A stretch of DNA of 60,629 bases, from NCBI GenBank assembly GCA_964230945.1, contig CAXRJJ010000034.1, positions 1 to 60,629 on the forward strand, written 5' to 3'. Within the stretch, counting starts at the first letter, position 1. Each line of letters starts with the position of its first letter. The notes below the pieces were generated by a model, which did not search any database, was not told the origin of the DNA, and was given only the letters and a program-made list of their open reading frames with translations. The stretch comes from Yoonia sp. (GTDB taxonomy: Archaea; Thermoplasmatota; Poseidoniia; Poseidoniales; Poseidoniaceae). This document shows, one piece after another, positions 45,600 to 54,649 of this stretch. A program made the position numbers and the translations under genes.

Positions 45600-46097
45600 A
45601 TGGAAGAATTGAAACGCGTCCTGCTGGAGAGTTTGGCCCTCAAGGAATTGCCTCGCGCGGGTTGGGTTTCCAAAGGTATTGAGAAGCCGGAGAGTGTTGC
45701 AGCCCATTCCTGGGGGATTGCTTGGTTGACAATGGTCCTTTGTCCGCCGAACCTCGATAGGGGAAGAATCCTCGAAATGGCTGCATTGCACGATTTGGCC
45801 GAAGTCAGAGTAGGTGATATCACGCCACATGATGGCATTTCTAGCGCCGAAAAGCACCGTATGGAGGATGAGGCTATGCGGGAATTGTTGGAACCTATGT
45901 GTCACAGAGATGAATTGAAGGAATTGTGGGATGAATACGAACAAGGCACTACTCCAGAGGCGAGATTCCTCAAGGCGATGGACAAACTCGACATGGCTTT
46001 GCAGGCGCAAAGATATGGTGGTCTTTCAGAATTCATCGATTCAGCCCTCGAGGTATTGGAAGACGATCTGCATAGAAAACTGGCCGAGGTGAGTTAG
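45600..46097 (+). CDS. HD-domain phosphohydrolase (YfbR-like 5'-nucleotidase family)
   Basis: LPRAGW...ESVAAHSWGIAWL and LHDLAEVRVGDITPHD give the H...HD...D pattern. Confidence 0.8.
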   Translation: MEELKRVLLESLALKELPRAGWVSKGIEKPESVAAHSWGIAWLTMVLCPPNLDRGRILEMAALHDLAEVRVGDITPHDGISSAEKHRMEDEAMRELLEPMCHRDELKELWDEYEQGTTPEARFLKAMDKLDMALQAQRYGGLSEFIDSALEVLEDDLHRKLAEVS

Positions 46098-46519
46098 TGA
46101 GTTCATATCTCGAACATGTCAATATCACTACTAGCGATTGTGATCTGATGGTTGAATTCCTCGCAACGGCCATTCCAGAATGGAAGGTGAGAAATGGAGC
46201 AACATCAGACAAATGCAGGTGGTTACATTTTGGTAGTGAGCGTTTCTATATTGCGATAGAAGAGCGAGAGGGCCCCAATCAATCACCTCACAAGGCATAT
46301 TTCCACCCTGGGCTCAATCATTACGGCATTGTAGTTGATGAAGTTGATTCATTGATGAAGAGAATGATTTCTGCTGGATATAGAGAAGGAAACCATGTGC
46401 TTAACCATCCGCATAGAAAGCGCTGCTATTTCTTTGACCATGATGGCGGGGAATGGGAGTTCGTGGAATACCTAAGTGGCGAGATGTCAGAAAGGAACGA
46501 TTATTCTGATATTTCATGA
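46097..46519 (+). CDS. VOC/glyoxalase-bleomycin-resistance-fold protein
   Basis: 140 aa. YLEHVNITTSD...HFG..FYIAIEE...HYGIVVDE...EWEFVEY is the typical paired beta-alpha-beta-beta-beta pattern. The GTG start overlaps the upstream TAG by 1 nt, with GAGGTGA upstream. Confidence 0.7.
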   Translation: MSSYLEHVNITTSDCDLMVEFLATAIPEWKVRNGATSDKCRWLHFGSERFYIAIEEREGPNQSPHKAYFHPGLNHYGIVVDEVDSLMKRMISAGYREGNHVLNHPHRKRCYFFDHDGGEWEFVEYLSGEMSERNDYSDIS

Positions 46520-46555
46520 CATCAAGGTTTTGAGTAAGTAGTATCACGCAGGGTC

Positions 46556-48112
46556 GTGCAGCCGCAACCCGGGGCCTATGACCCAACCACGCCTACTGGC
46601 TATGCTCCGCAACAGCCATTTATGCAACAACCGATGATGCAGGCGCAGATGCAGCCATTACAGAATCAACAGATGGCGCAACAATATGTGCAACAACAAC
46701 AGATGATGTATCAGCAGCAGATGGCTTTCAAACAGCCAAGAATACAACGTCCTGGTTGGACAACTCCTAGTTTGACTAAGGCAGGAATTCTTGGAATCGT
46801 GATTCTTGTATTGAGCATAACTGGACTGATCATGGATGCTAGTGGAACTCCATGGGTTTGGAGTGATGATGACAATGGAACATTGTTAGATGGAGAAGAA
46901 ATGTTGGATGAGATTGATGATATCGATGAACAGCCACCTTTCGTATTGCGTATGATGCTATGGCCTACTACCATAATGATTCTTGGAATTGTGTTTTCCG
47001 TCCCATTGATTGTAATTGACCTAGTGCCAATGCCTAAACGCGTCCAAGGAGGTTTACACGGCCTATTCCTGCTTGCAAATGGAACCTGTGGGATTTTCAT
47101 GATGATGAGTTTTGGAGAGTGGCTGGGTTCTTACTTCAACCAGATGTTTGCGCCTGGAGATATGGAGATGCATATGCATGTTATGGTATACTATAATGCC
47201 ATTCTGGGCCTAGCATTAGGTGCCTCATTTATGTTGTTTGAATCTAGTCTTGAGAAAGTTTCAGATGGTTGGAAAACCGGTGAATTGCAGAGGCCAATGT
47301 ACAAGGTCGCATCTAATTTGATGTTATGTGCAGTAATCGCCTTGGTATTCACTCCATTATTCCCAATTGCTTGGCAATCATACTCTGATGATTACAAGGA
47401 CTCTCCTTGGTATGATGAAGAGAAAGATGGTTCGGGAGAACCATTGGCTCCATTAATGTTAGATTCATTCTATTTCAGCATTGAAGAATCTGATGGTTCT
47501 TGGTACCCTGACTGGGATCAAATGGAGAAAGACTCTCCTGACACATATGATGTACTCGTAAATAAGGCTAGGTTACATGATTACTTTTTGGTGGTTCTAT
47601 GGGTGCAACTATCATTGATGGTAATGATGATTGGTATTTCGTTGCCTAAAATGCAGAAAATAATGGAAGGAGTCTGCCAAATCAATGCCCTATTGGTCGG
47701 ATTCTTGATTCCAATTGTGATTTTCACGATTCTCATGTATATCTCAATTCCCGGAATGCATGGGGAATTAGTTAGTGATAGCACATACGATGGAGTATCA
47801 TTCCATTTGAATTGGTTCTTACCATTAGCGGCTATTTTAGTTGTCATCAACTGGTTTGTTTTCTTGTTCCGAATACACATACCTTGGTGGAAGAAGATAA
47901 CAGCTAAGGATCTAAGCAAGTTGTGGATGGATAATAACGCGTTCGGACAACCGATGATGCAACAACCCATGGTTATGCAACAACCTATGCAACAGATGGC
48001 TCCGCAGGCCCAGCAGCAAATGGTGCAACAGCAACAGATGCAACAGATGGCGATGCAGCAGCCGGCACAACAGGTGGCGCCGCAATTTCAGCAACCACAG
48101 ATGCCAAGATGA
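46556..48112 (+). CDS. Polytopic membrane protein with Gln/Met/Pro-rich low-complexity N- and C-termini
   Basis: 518 aa with a GTG start. The N-terminal ~60 aa and C-terminal ~60 aa are Q/M/P repeats (QQPMMQAQMQPLQNQQMAQQYVQQQQMMYQQQ; QPMMQQPMVMQQPMQQMAPQAQQQMVQQQQMQQMAMQQP). About 8 TM helices lie between them. Confidence 0.6.
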   Translation: MQPQPGAYDPTTPTGYAPQQPFMQQPMMQAQMQPLQNQQMAQQYVQQQQMMYQQQMAFKQPRIQRPGWTTPSLTKAGILGIVILVLSITGLIMDASGTPWVWSDDDNGTLLDGEEMLDEIDDIDEQPPFVLRMMLWPTTIMILGIVFSVPLIVIDLVPMPKRVQGGLHGLFLLANGTCGIFMMMSFGEWLGSYFNQMFAPGDMEMHMHVMVYYNAILGLALGASFMLFESSLEKVSDGWKTGELQRPMYKVASNLMLCAVIALVFTPLFPIAWQSYSDDYKDSPWYDEEKDGSGEPLAPLMLDSFYFSIEESDGSWYPDWDQMEKDSPDTYDVLVNKARLHDYFLVVLWVQLSLMVMMIGISLPKMQKIMEGVCQINALLVGFLIPIVIFTILMYISIPGMHGELVSDSTYDGVSFHLNWFLPLAAILVVINWFVFLFRIHIPWWKKITAKDLSKLWMDNNAFGQPMMQQPMVMQQPMQQMAPQAQQQMVQQQQMQQMAMQQPAQQVAPQFQQPQMPR

Positions 48113-48137
48113 TGACTGGTAGTACTCATTTCAAGAG

Positions 48138-48210
48138 TAGCCCCGCCCGGATTTGAACCAGGGTCGCGGGTTCCAAAGACCAACATGATGGACCACTACA
48201 CTACGGGGCT
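48138..48210 (-). tRNA. tRNA-Gln (anticodon UUG)
   Basis: Reverse complement: acceptor AGCCCCG/CGGGGCT (A1-U72, as in archaeal tRNA-Gln), loop CTTTGGA (UUG), T-arm CCTGG-TTCAAAT-CCGGG, discriminator A. 73 nt; CCA not encoded. The anticodon stem TTGGT/ACCCG has one U-C mismatch (28:42) and one G-U pair. Confidence 0.8.
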
Positions 48211-48298
48211 ATCGGCCCTGCGAGAATCGCGGGGTTCTTGAATTGTCGGACAAACCAGCGTCCCACAGCATCAAGAACGTCATGGCCTTCGAAGTGCC

Positions 48299-51200
48299 AT
48301 GCAGAGGGTGCTGCAGGCTCTACTACTCTGTTTTATCATGTTGCCAGCCTTTCCTGTTCTAGAAGATGGTGCCAGTTCTGCTGTAGATGAATCATATGTT
48401 GAATCCAGTTCGCCGAGCGATGTTTTCCACGAGGTATTCTTCCAACCGCCATTGTCTTGGTGGTTGGAACAAGAAGGTAGCATCGAGGTTGTTGTTCTGA
48501 CCGATGATCTGCCCGCTTTACATTATTGGCAGTCAAGTGAGGGCTTACTGACAAAGCAGAAAGAAGGGGTTGGAGAACTAATTGAAAGCGATTTGGAGAT
48601 ATTGCAATCTAGACTGCAGCATCGCTTGGTAGAGATTCCAGCAATGCGAATTTCGGAGTTGTCTAAATTGCCAGGTATCAGATCATTGACTCAACCTTTA
48701 CCAGAAGCAGATGTCTATGATACATATTCCCCCCAGCCAGCCACTGTCAAGGCTAAAGATATCCATGGCGCAAGCAATGCTTGGTCGCTAAACAGTACCG
48801 GGCAAGGTGTCAAGGTTGCAATAGTCGATAGCGGGGTAGATTTCGCTCATCCTGATCTTAATGGAACTCAAGCCAGAGTTGACAATTCCAGCAGCCCATG
48901 GGATGGCTGGCCAATCGCTTTGGACCCTCGTTCGATCAAAGATTGGTTGTTGGATGGAGAAACATATCCTGGAGAATCTAATTCGTGGTATGCGGATACA
49001 AGTCTCATGGATTTTGACAACGATTCTGATTCCTCATTAGATGATTCAGGATTGGATGTGTCAGGAATTGTTAGCCAATCAGGGGAGTTTCGTATCGGTG
49101 AGCATCCGGATGATGATTTACAGTCAAGAGTTGGTGATGATGTTGCGATATTGTTGGTAGACTCTGTCCAAGCAAATGTCTACGATACCGTTTATGTGGA
49201 CCTCGATGGAGATTCATCTTTTGCTGATGAGGTTCCAATGAGTAAGGGTTCTGAGACTGCAGGTCTTGACCTCGATGGTGATGGATTATGGGACCGCAGT
49301 GGGGGGATGATTTACTTCATCGCTGATGGAAATACTTCTGTTCAGTATGCTCCTACTCTAGCGGCAAGATATGGAGTATCAGATAGAATTCCAGATAATG
49401 GTAACATGGTTGCATTCATGCTTAACGAAGGAAATGGCCCTGCTGGAAATCACGGCACATTGTGTGCAAGTGCAGTTTCTGCGCAAGCGATTGTCAGCGA
49501 TGGAAAGGTGCAGGGTATGGCGCCTGATGCAGATATCATTGCAGTTGGCAATTACTACAACGGTGGAATTTCAGGATATGATTCATGGCGCTATGTGGCT
49601 GAAGGTCCTGATGGCATCATCGATTCGGGTGATGAGGCTCATATCGGCTCTTTCTCATTTGGTTATTCGAGCATCGTCGATGCGGGTTCAGATTATGCTT
49701 CGATGTATCTCGATTGGTTGACTAGAGTATATTCGCGCAACACCACGTACATGGTCGCTTTGGGTAACGGAGGGCACGGTTATGGAACAGTTGCTTCTCC
49801 TGGTGGTGCTGCTGGCGTGGTATCAGTAGGTGCTGCATCATCCAAGACAGGTGAATCGATTGGAGACACATGGGGTGATACCGCGATGTGGACCAACCGC
49901 GGACCAAATTCACAGGGGAGAATGGATCCCGACATCGTTGCGATAGGTTGGTCTGCAACGGGAGATACTACACTCAATGAGAAGACAAATGCAAACTCCG
50001 CATATACGACATGGGGCGGGACCTCCCTTGCTACACCACTGGCGGCCGGTTTGATGGCGTTGGTATACCAAGCGTATTTCGATGAGAATGGATATTATCC
50101 CGATTCACAGACAATTAGAGACCTAGTTATGTCAACCTCTAGAGATATTGCCCATGATCCATTGGTTCAGGGAGCAGGTTGGTTCGATGCGCATAGAGCA
50201 GTTCAAACGATTCAGGGTGCTGATGAAACTTGGTGGACTTCTCCTGCTGCTTTGATGCCCGGTGAAAATGATGGAGACCATAGGTTAGCCAATGCGAATT
50301 GGATGTTACCCGGAGAGAGAAGTGTTCACCGTATACAATTGCATAATCCAACTGCTGATACTCAAGTGCTAGATTTCAGTAGCGAGACTTTGCAAGCAAC
50401 TTCGTATGAGAATTTCACATGGCTTTCGAATAGCAGTTTAGGTTGGGATGGATACCAGTCATCGCGTCCTGATTACGTCATACCTCTGCTGATTGATGGA
50501 GATGCAAATAACACAACAATTTCGCCCACTGATACGTTGATCAGGGCTAGAGCGACAGTACATCCGCTGGGTTTCGACGGTAACCAGAACAGGCAATCGG
50601 AAAATTCGGTCTATCTCTACGCCTATAGGTGGAATGACAGCAATGGTGACGGGAAATACTGGGATGATGCTGACAATGATTTGTTTGTTGGAGATGGAGA
50701 GTGGCAGTCGTCTGAAGTCTCCTTGATGACGTCTTTTGCCTATACTGGTCCTCAATCTGAAGTCAAGGTTTCAGACCCTTGGGAAGAGGATTGCGATGGG
50801 ATTTTGTTGGCAGTTACTCGTAGAGAAGTACGTACAGGGTATATTGATCCATTACCAGTTAGCATTGATGTTACAGGCTTTTCACCTGTTTCGGATAGTT
50901 GGTTGACTACTCAGCCTTCGCGCTCAATACCAGCTGGTGCTGTCAGAAATCTGACTGTGGTTGTAGATGTGCCAATCGATGCAGTTCCAGGATTGCGTCA
51001 ATCTGGAATCAGGATTGCCGATGAGCATGGTAGGGACTGGCTTTTGCCAGTTGTCACCACAGTTGCAGGTTCTGGACCAACTTCTTGGACTCCGCCAAAT
51101 GTCGATGATAACTTATCGAATCAGACATTGTATCGAGAGACATGGATGCAAGGGGCTCAGAGATGGGGCTGGAGAGCGGAGTCTGGAGATTGGAAGGCAT

Positions 51201-54200
51201 TTGCAGTTGATTGGCCGGCAAATATGAGTGGCGGTAAAATCATCATTGACGTCGATTGGCCAGATAATGGATTCACAGATATCGATGCATTCTGGTTGTC
51301 AGAGATATCCCATCCTTTTTCCTTAGATGATCCAGATGCATATGGTACAAAGGGCCTTTCTATAGAAGTTGGTTCTCAAAATGAACACACTGGCTCAGGG
51401 ATTTGGAAGAGGCAGACAAGTACTGGTACAGACCGCGAGATATTGACCGCAAGTGCAACTCCTGGGCATAAGATTCTGCTTTTGCACAGTACCATGCATG
51501 GTGTTTTGACCAACGATAACCCAGTGAATGTGTCCATCGGATATGCCGCTTTGATTTCAGGTAATATCTCGGCTAATGTCAGCGATTGGTCTACTGGAGA
51601 CTTCAATTCTAGTGCCGTCTTTGCATCGACAGTCAATCTGAGTGTGGATTCGATAACTGGAACAGGATGGAGTGAGCCTATGTATTGGGCTAATGAAAGT
51701 ATTTCCCAAGATGATCCAGGTGTGAAGTCCTCCTCCTCCTATATTCGTAGTATCAATCTTTCAGGAGTTGACGAAGTAGAAGTTAGAATCGATAGCAATG
51801 GATACCGCGATGATCTAGATTTATTCCTCTACCGCGATGATGATGGAGATGGGCAATTGGATTGGGATGATGAATTGAAACAATCATCCGGCGGTGCTGC
51901 GAGTGATGAGACGATAGTATTCGATCCTGCAGATGGGCAGTGGTGGATTGTCGTGCACGGATATTACGTGCATGGAAACAATGGCACTTTCTGGTTGAGC
52001 GTCAAGAGTTCTGGAGGAACGCAATTGCAAGTGACCAATCATAGTGAATACAATTCTTCCGAGGTCAGCATCTTATGGCCAAATGCCTCTAGTACATTAG
52101 GAGGTGAAGTAGCAAGTAAGGCTTGGCAAGTGAATTACACATTGACTAGGCCTGACTATGCAGGAACTTGGATCGGCTACATCATAGTAGAGTTACAAGG
52201 TGGTGGAGAATTCCGTCTCGAGTTTGAATACGAGTTGCTTGAGTTACCGAGTGAAGTTGTATTCCGTAAGCCTGCATTTGGCAGCTACCACAACAACGCG
52301 GCCAATGTTAGCGCTATGTTATCTGATTCAGGTGCAGGATTCCATCTTGAGAATATCAGTTTTGATTCGTTGTACCAGATGAATCTCTCCAACCATTCAT
52401 TTGAATTGACCGGCGTTTATTCTGATGGTTCTGAAGAGGTATTAACGGGAGATTATGTCGAATCAACGAGCAACCCTATTCTGGCGATGGCATGGTTTAA
52501 TTTCACGCTACCAGAAGTTGAGATGGAACATCATTTCTGGATAAATTTGAGTGATGATGCAGGCTATTCAACTTCAAGTACGTTGATACTGACATATGAT
52601 TCAACCCTTCCGCAATACGCCCCACAAGGAATTGGTCAAACAACTACACTGAGTAATCAAACGGAATGGGAACTTAGCATAGTTGGGGAAGCATATCTCG
52701 ACATTGAGGCAAATGGTATAGTGCCCCAGGTTTCTTTGATCGATTCAACAACTGTATCTGAATTGAACTTGAGTATCGATGCTTCTGAACTTTGGTGGTA
52801 CAACATGAGCATTCCACTTGCCCATGAGGGTTCTAATCAGATTTTCATCAATGCTAGCGACAGGGCTGGAAATGTCGACAACAGTAGTATCGTTGTAATT
52901 AGAGACACAGTTTCGCCCGATTTGTTGATGCGGAGTGACGCAACATTGTTGGTTGTCAATACTACAATTGTAGAATTCCAATTCAAGGTAGAACCGGGTG
53001 CAGATTTATGGTTGTCAGGAATGGAAATCGTAAACCCAGATTCCTTGCAATGGGTGGATGATGAAATCTCAACTCAGCAAGGTTCGTTTGAGGTTTCGAT
53101 GGTAGCAAGAGATGCCGCAGGCAACTGGGCCGAGGCCAAATTGGAGTTTGAGGTTGACAGTATTATGCCCCTCATGCAATGGTTAGAACCAGAGGTAAAC
53201 GCCAGTCTTACTCATCATGTTGTCCCAATCGCTTGGAGTCTTTCTGAGGAAGTAAGTATGGAACTCAACCTTGATTCTACTGGATGGAATACCATACCGA
53301 GTGGCTTGGTTGGAAGAAATTCTTGGGTTGTTGAATTAGCAAATACCGGTGCGCATGAGATATGCTTGAGGGCAACTGATTCTGGCAGGAATGCAGTAAT
53401 TTCTTGTCTTCCAATCGTTTTACCTGATTCAGTTTACACTCCTGTATTGACTGCACCTTGGGATAAAGAATGGGTGAATAGTACCGAAGTTGTCGCAGAA
53501 TTATACCTCGGATCGGTTCAGACCTGGCAAGTTGAAGGAGAGGGTATTTCATTACGAGGGACGGGACTTGGAGGAGTGGTGAATATTAGCATCCCAATAA
53601 ATGAAGGTTCAAACTCATTTGTTATGACTGCTCAAGGATTGGGAATCGAGAAAACATGGCAATTATCGGTATACCGTGACACATTGGTTCCGACTCTGCA
53701 ATTGCTCAGCCCCGAATCACGCATTGCATTGGTCAAGGAAGATATCAATCTAGGATTCCCTTTGCTGACTGTAGAAGGAGTTACCGAACCATTGGCAAGT
53801 GTCAGATGTGATGTTCTCAATGAGGGTGTTTGGTCCCAAACCACAAGTGCTGAAGATGGCACTTTTAGTCTAGGTTTGACGCCTTGGGCTGATTGGCGAG
53901 AAGCGGATATCGATTCACGCTCTGTAGAAATCACTTGCCTCGCAATCGATGCTGCTCAGAATTCTGTATCTAAAGTGATTAGCACAGTCATCGATACATC
54001 TCCGCCTGAAGTAATTTTAGAGTGGATTGGTGATTTAGAGGAATTATATTTGATGCATGATATCTGGAGCGAGGATGCTGTGGAGGAATGGAATCTAACA
54101 ATTGTTCATGATGGTAAGATTTCCGAACCCTATCAAGAACTAGAAATGCGTTCACAGATTGCAATGTCTGGAAATTTGGAAGGTGTTTGGAATGCAACCC

Positions 54201-54595
54201 TCTCTGTGAGGGATTCTGCAGGTCATTGGAGCAATGCAAGTATCGAGATATCATTGCAACCTGAAGAACAAGGGCTTGGATCGATTCTAGAGGCTGCAGG
54301 CGGACCTCTGAACATTAGTATTGGAATCTTGGCTCTAGTTATCATTGTAGGATTCATTTTGAGGCCTAGAAGAGAAGAAGATGAGGTCGTTGATTCAGTT
54401 CCAATGGACCCTGAGTTGTTTGCAGAAACCAAGCCACTTCAAGCACAAACTGAGGCTATTGTTCCTCGAGTAACATCTACCCCAATGCCCCCCACGCCTG
54501 CCCAAAGCACTAGTTTATTGCAGGCTTCTAAGGAATTATTGAAGGAAGAATCTCAATATTCTTCAATCCTTGATGAATTAGAAGAATTGGATTGA
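48299..54595 (+). CDS. Giant membrane-anchored subtilase (peptidase S8, TPP-II/pyrolysin-like catalytic domain) with PPC and multiple Ig-like domains, single TM and 77-aa cytoplasmic tail
   Basis: Signal MQRVLQALLLCFIMLPAFPVLE. Catalytic Asp in VAIVDSGVD (aa 177), His in NHGTLCAS (aa 385), Asn in ALGNGG (aa 490) and Ser in GGTSLATPLAAG (aa 576). A PPC-like DDLDLFLYRDDDGDG...WWIVVHGYYV is present. TM ISIGILALVIIVGFIL is followed by RPRREEDE.... Confidence 0.9.
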   Translation: MQRVLQALLLCFIMLPAFPVLEDGASSAVDESYVESSSPSDVFHEVFFQPPLSWWLEQEGSIEVVVLTDDLPALHYWQSSEGLLTKQKEGVGELIESDLEILQSRLQHRLVEIPAMRISELSKLPGIRSLTQPLPEADVYDTYSPQPATVKAKDIHGASNAWSLNSTGQGVKVAIVDSGVDFAHPDLNGTQARVDNSSSPWDGWPIALDPRSIKDWLLDGETYPGESNSWYADTSLMDFDNDSDSSLDDSGLDVSGIVSQSGEFRIGEHPDDDLQSRVGDDVAILLVDSVQANVYDTVYVDLDGDSSFADEVPMSKGSETAGLDLDGDGLWDRSGGMIYFIADGNTSVQYAPTLAARYGVSDRIPDNGNMVAFMLNEGNGPAGNHGTLCASAVSAQAIVSDGKVQGMAPDADIIAVGNYYNGGISGYDSWRYVAEGPDGIIDSGDEAHIGSFSFGYSSIVDAGSDYASMYLDWLTRVYSRNTTYMVALGNGGHGYGTVASPGGAAGVVSVGAASSKTGESIGDTWGDTAMWTNRGPNSQGRMDPDIVAIGWSATGDTTLNEKTNANSAYTTWGGTSLATPLAAGLMALVYQAYFDENGYYPDSQTIRDLVMSTSRDIAHDPLVQGAGWFDAHRAVQTIQGADETWWTSPAALMPGENDGDHRLANANWMLPGERSVHRIQLHNPTADTQVLDFSSETLQATSYENFTWLSNSSLGWDGYQSSRPDYVIPLLIDGDANNTTISPTDTLIRARATVHPLGFDGNQNRQSENSVYLYAYRWNDSNGDGKYWDDADNDLFVGDGEWQSSEVSLMTSFAYTGPQSEVKVSDPWEEDCDGILLAVTRREVRTGYIDPLPVSIDVTGFSPVSDSWLTTQPSRSIPAGAVRNLTVVVDVPIDAVPGLRQSGIRIADEHGRDWLLPVVTTVAGSGPTSWTPPNVDDNLSNQTLYRETWMQGAQRWGWRAESGDWKAFAVDWPANMSGGKIIIDVDWPDNGFTDIDAFWLSEISHPFSLDDPDAYGTKGLSIEVGSQNEHTGSGIWKRQTSTGTDREILTASATPGHKILLLHSTMHGVLTNDNPVNVSIGYAALISGNISANVSDWSTGDFNSSAVFASTVNLSVDSITGTGWSEPMYWANESISQDDPGVKSSSSYIRSINLSGVDEVEVRIDSNGYRDDLDLFLYRDDDGDGQLDWDDELKQSSGGAASDETIVFDPADGQWWIVVHGYYVHGNNGTFWLSVKSSGGTQLQVTNHSEYNSSEVSILWPNASSTLGGEVASKAWQVNYTLTRPDYAGTWIGYIIVELQGGGEFRLEFEYELLELPSEVVFRKPAFGSYHNNAANVSAMLSDSGAGFHLENISFDSLYQMNLSNHSFELTGVYSDGSEEVLTGDYVESTSNPILAMAWFNFTLPEVEMEHHFWINLSDDAGYSTSSTLILTYDSTLPQYAPQGIGQTTTLSNQTEWELSIVGEAYLDIEANGIVPQVSLIDSTTVSELNLSIDASELWWYNMSIPLAHEGSNQIFINASDRAGNVDNSSIVVIRDTVSPDLLMRSDATLLVVNTTIVEFQFKVEPGADLWLSGMEIVNPDSLQWVDDEISTQQGSFEVSMVARDAAGNWAEAKLEFEVDSIMPLMQWLEPEVNASLTHHVVPIAWSLSEEVSMELNLDSTGWNTIPSGLVGRNSWVVELANTGAHEICLRATDSGRNAVISCLPIVLPDSVYTPVLTAPWDKEWVNSTEVVAELYLGSVQTWQVEGEGISLRGTGLGGVVNISIPINEGSNSFVMTAQGLGIEKTWQLSVYRDTLVPTLQLLSPESRIALVKEDINLGFPLLTVEGVTEPLASVRCDVLNEGVWSQTTSAEDGTFSLGLTPWADWREADIDSRSVEITCLAIDAAQNSVSKVISTVIDTSPPEVILEWIGDLEELYLMHDIWSEDAVEEWNLTIVHDGKISEPYQELEMRSQIAMSGNLEGVWNATLSVRDSAGHWSNASIEISLQPEEQGLGSILEAAGGPLNISIGILALVIIVGFILRPRREEDEVVDSVPMDPELFAETKPLQAQTEAIVPRVTSTPMPPTPAQSTSLLQASKELLKEESQYSSILDELEELD

Positions 54596-54649
54596 TTGGC
54601 ATAAGCATTGAAGCGTCATACATAAGGCCTTGAGAGTCGGCCCATAAGC

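Noticed and set aside
45557-45838. 94-aa N-terminal extension of the AlkA-like ORF, and likewise 44910..45017 for the downstream membrane protein
   Set aside because: The extensions overlap the neighbouring genes (the HD gene and the alkA-like 3' end). They have no family-like sequence, and internal ATGs give compact non-overlapping genes.
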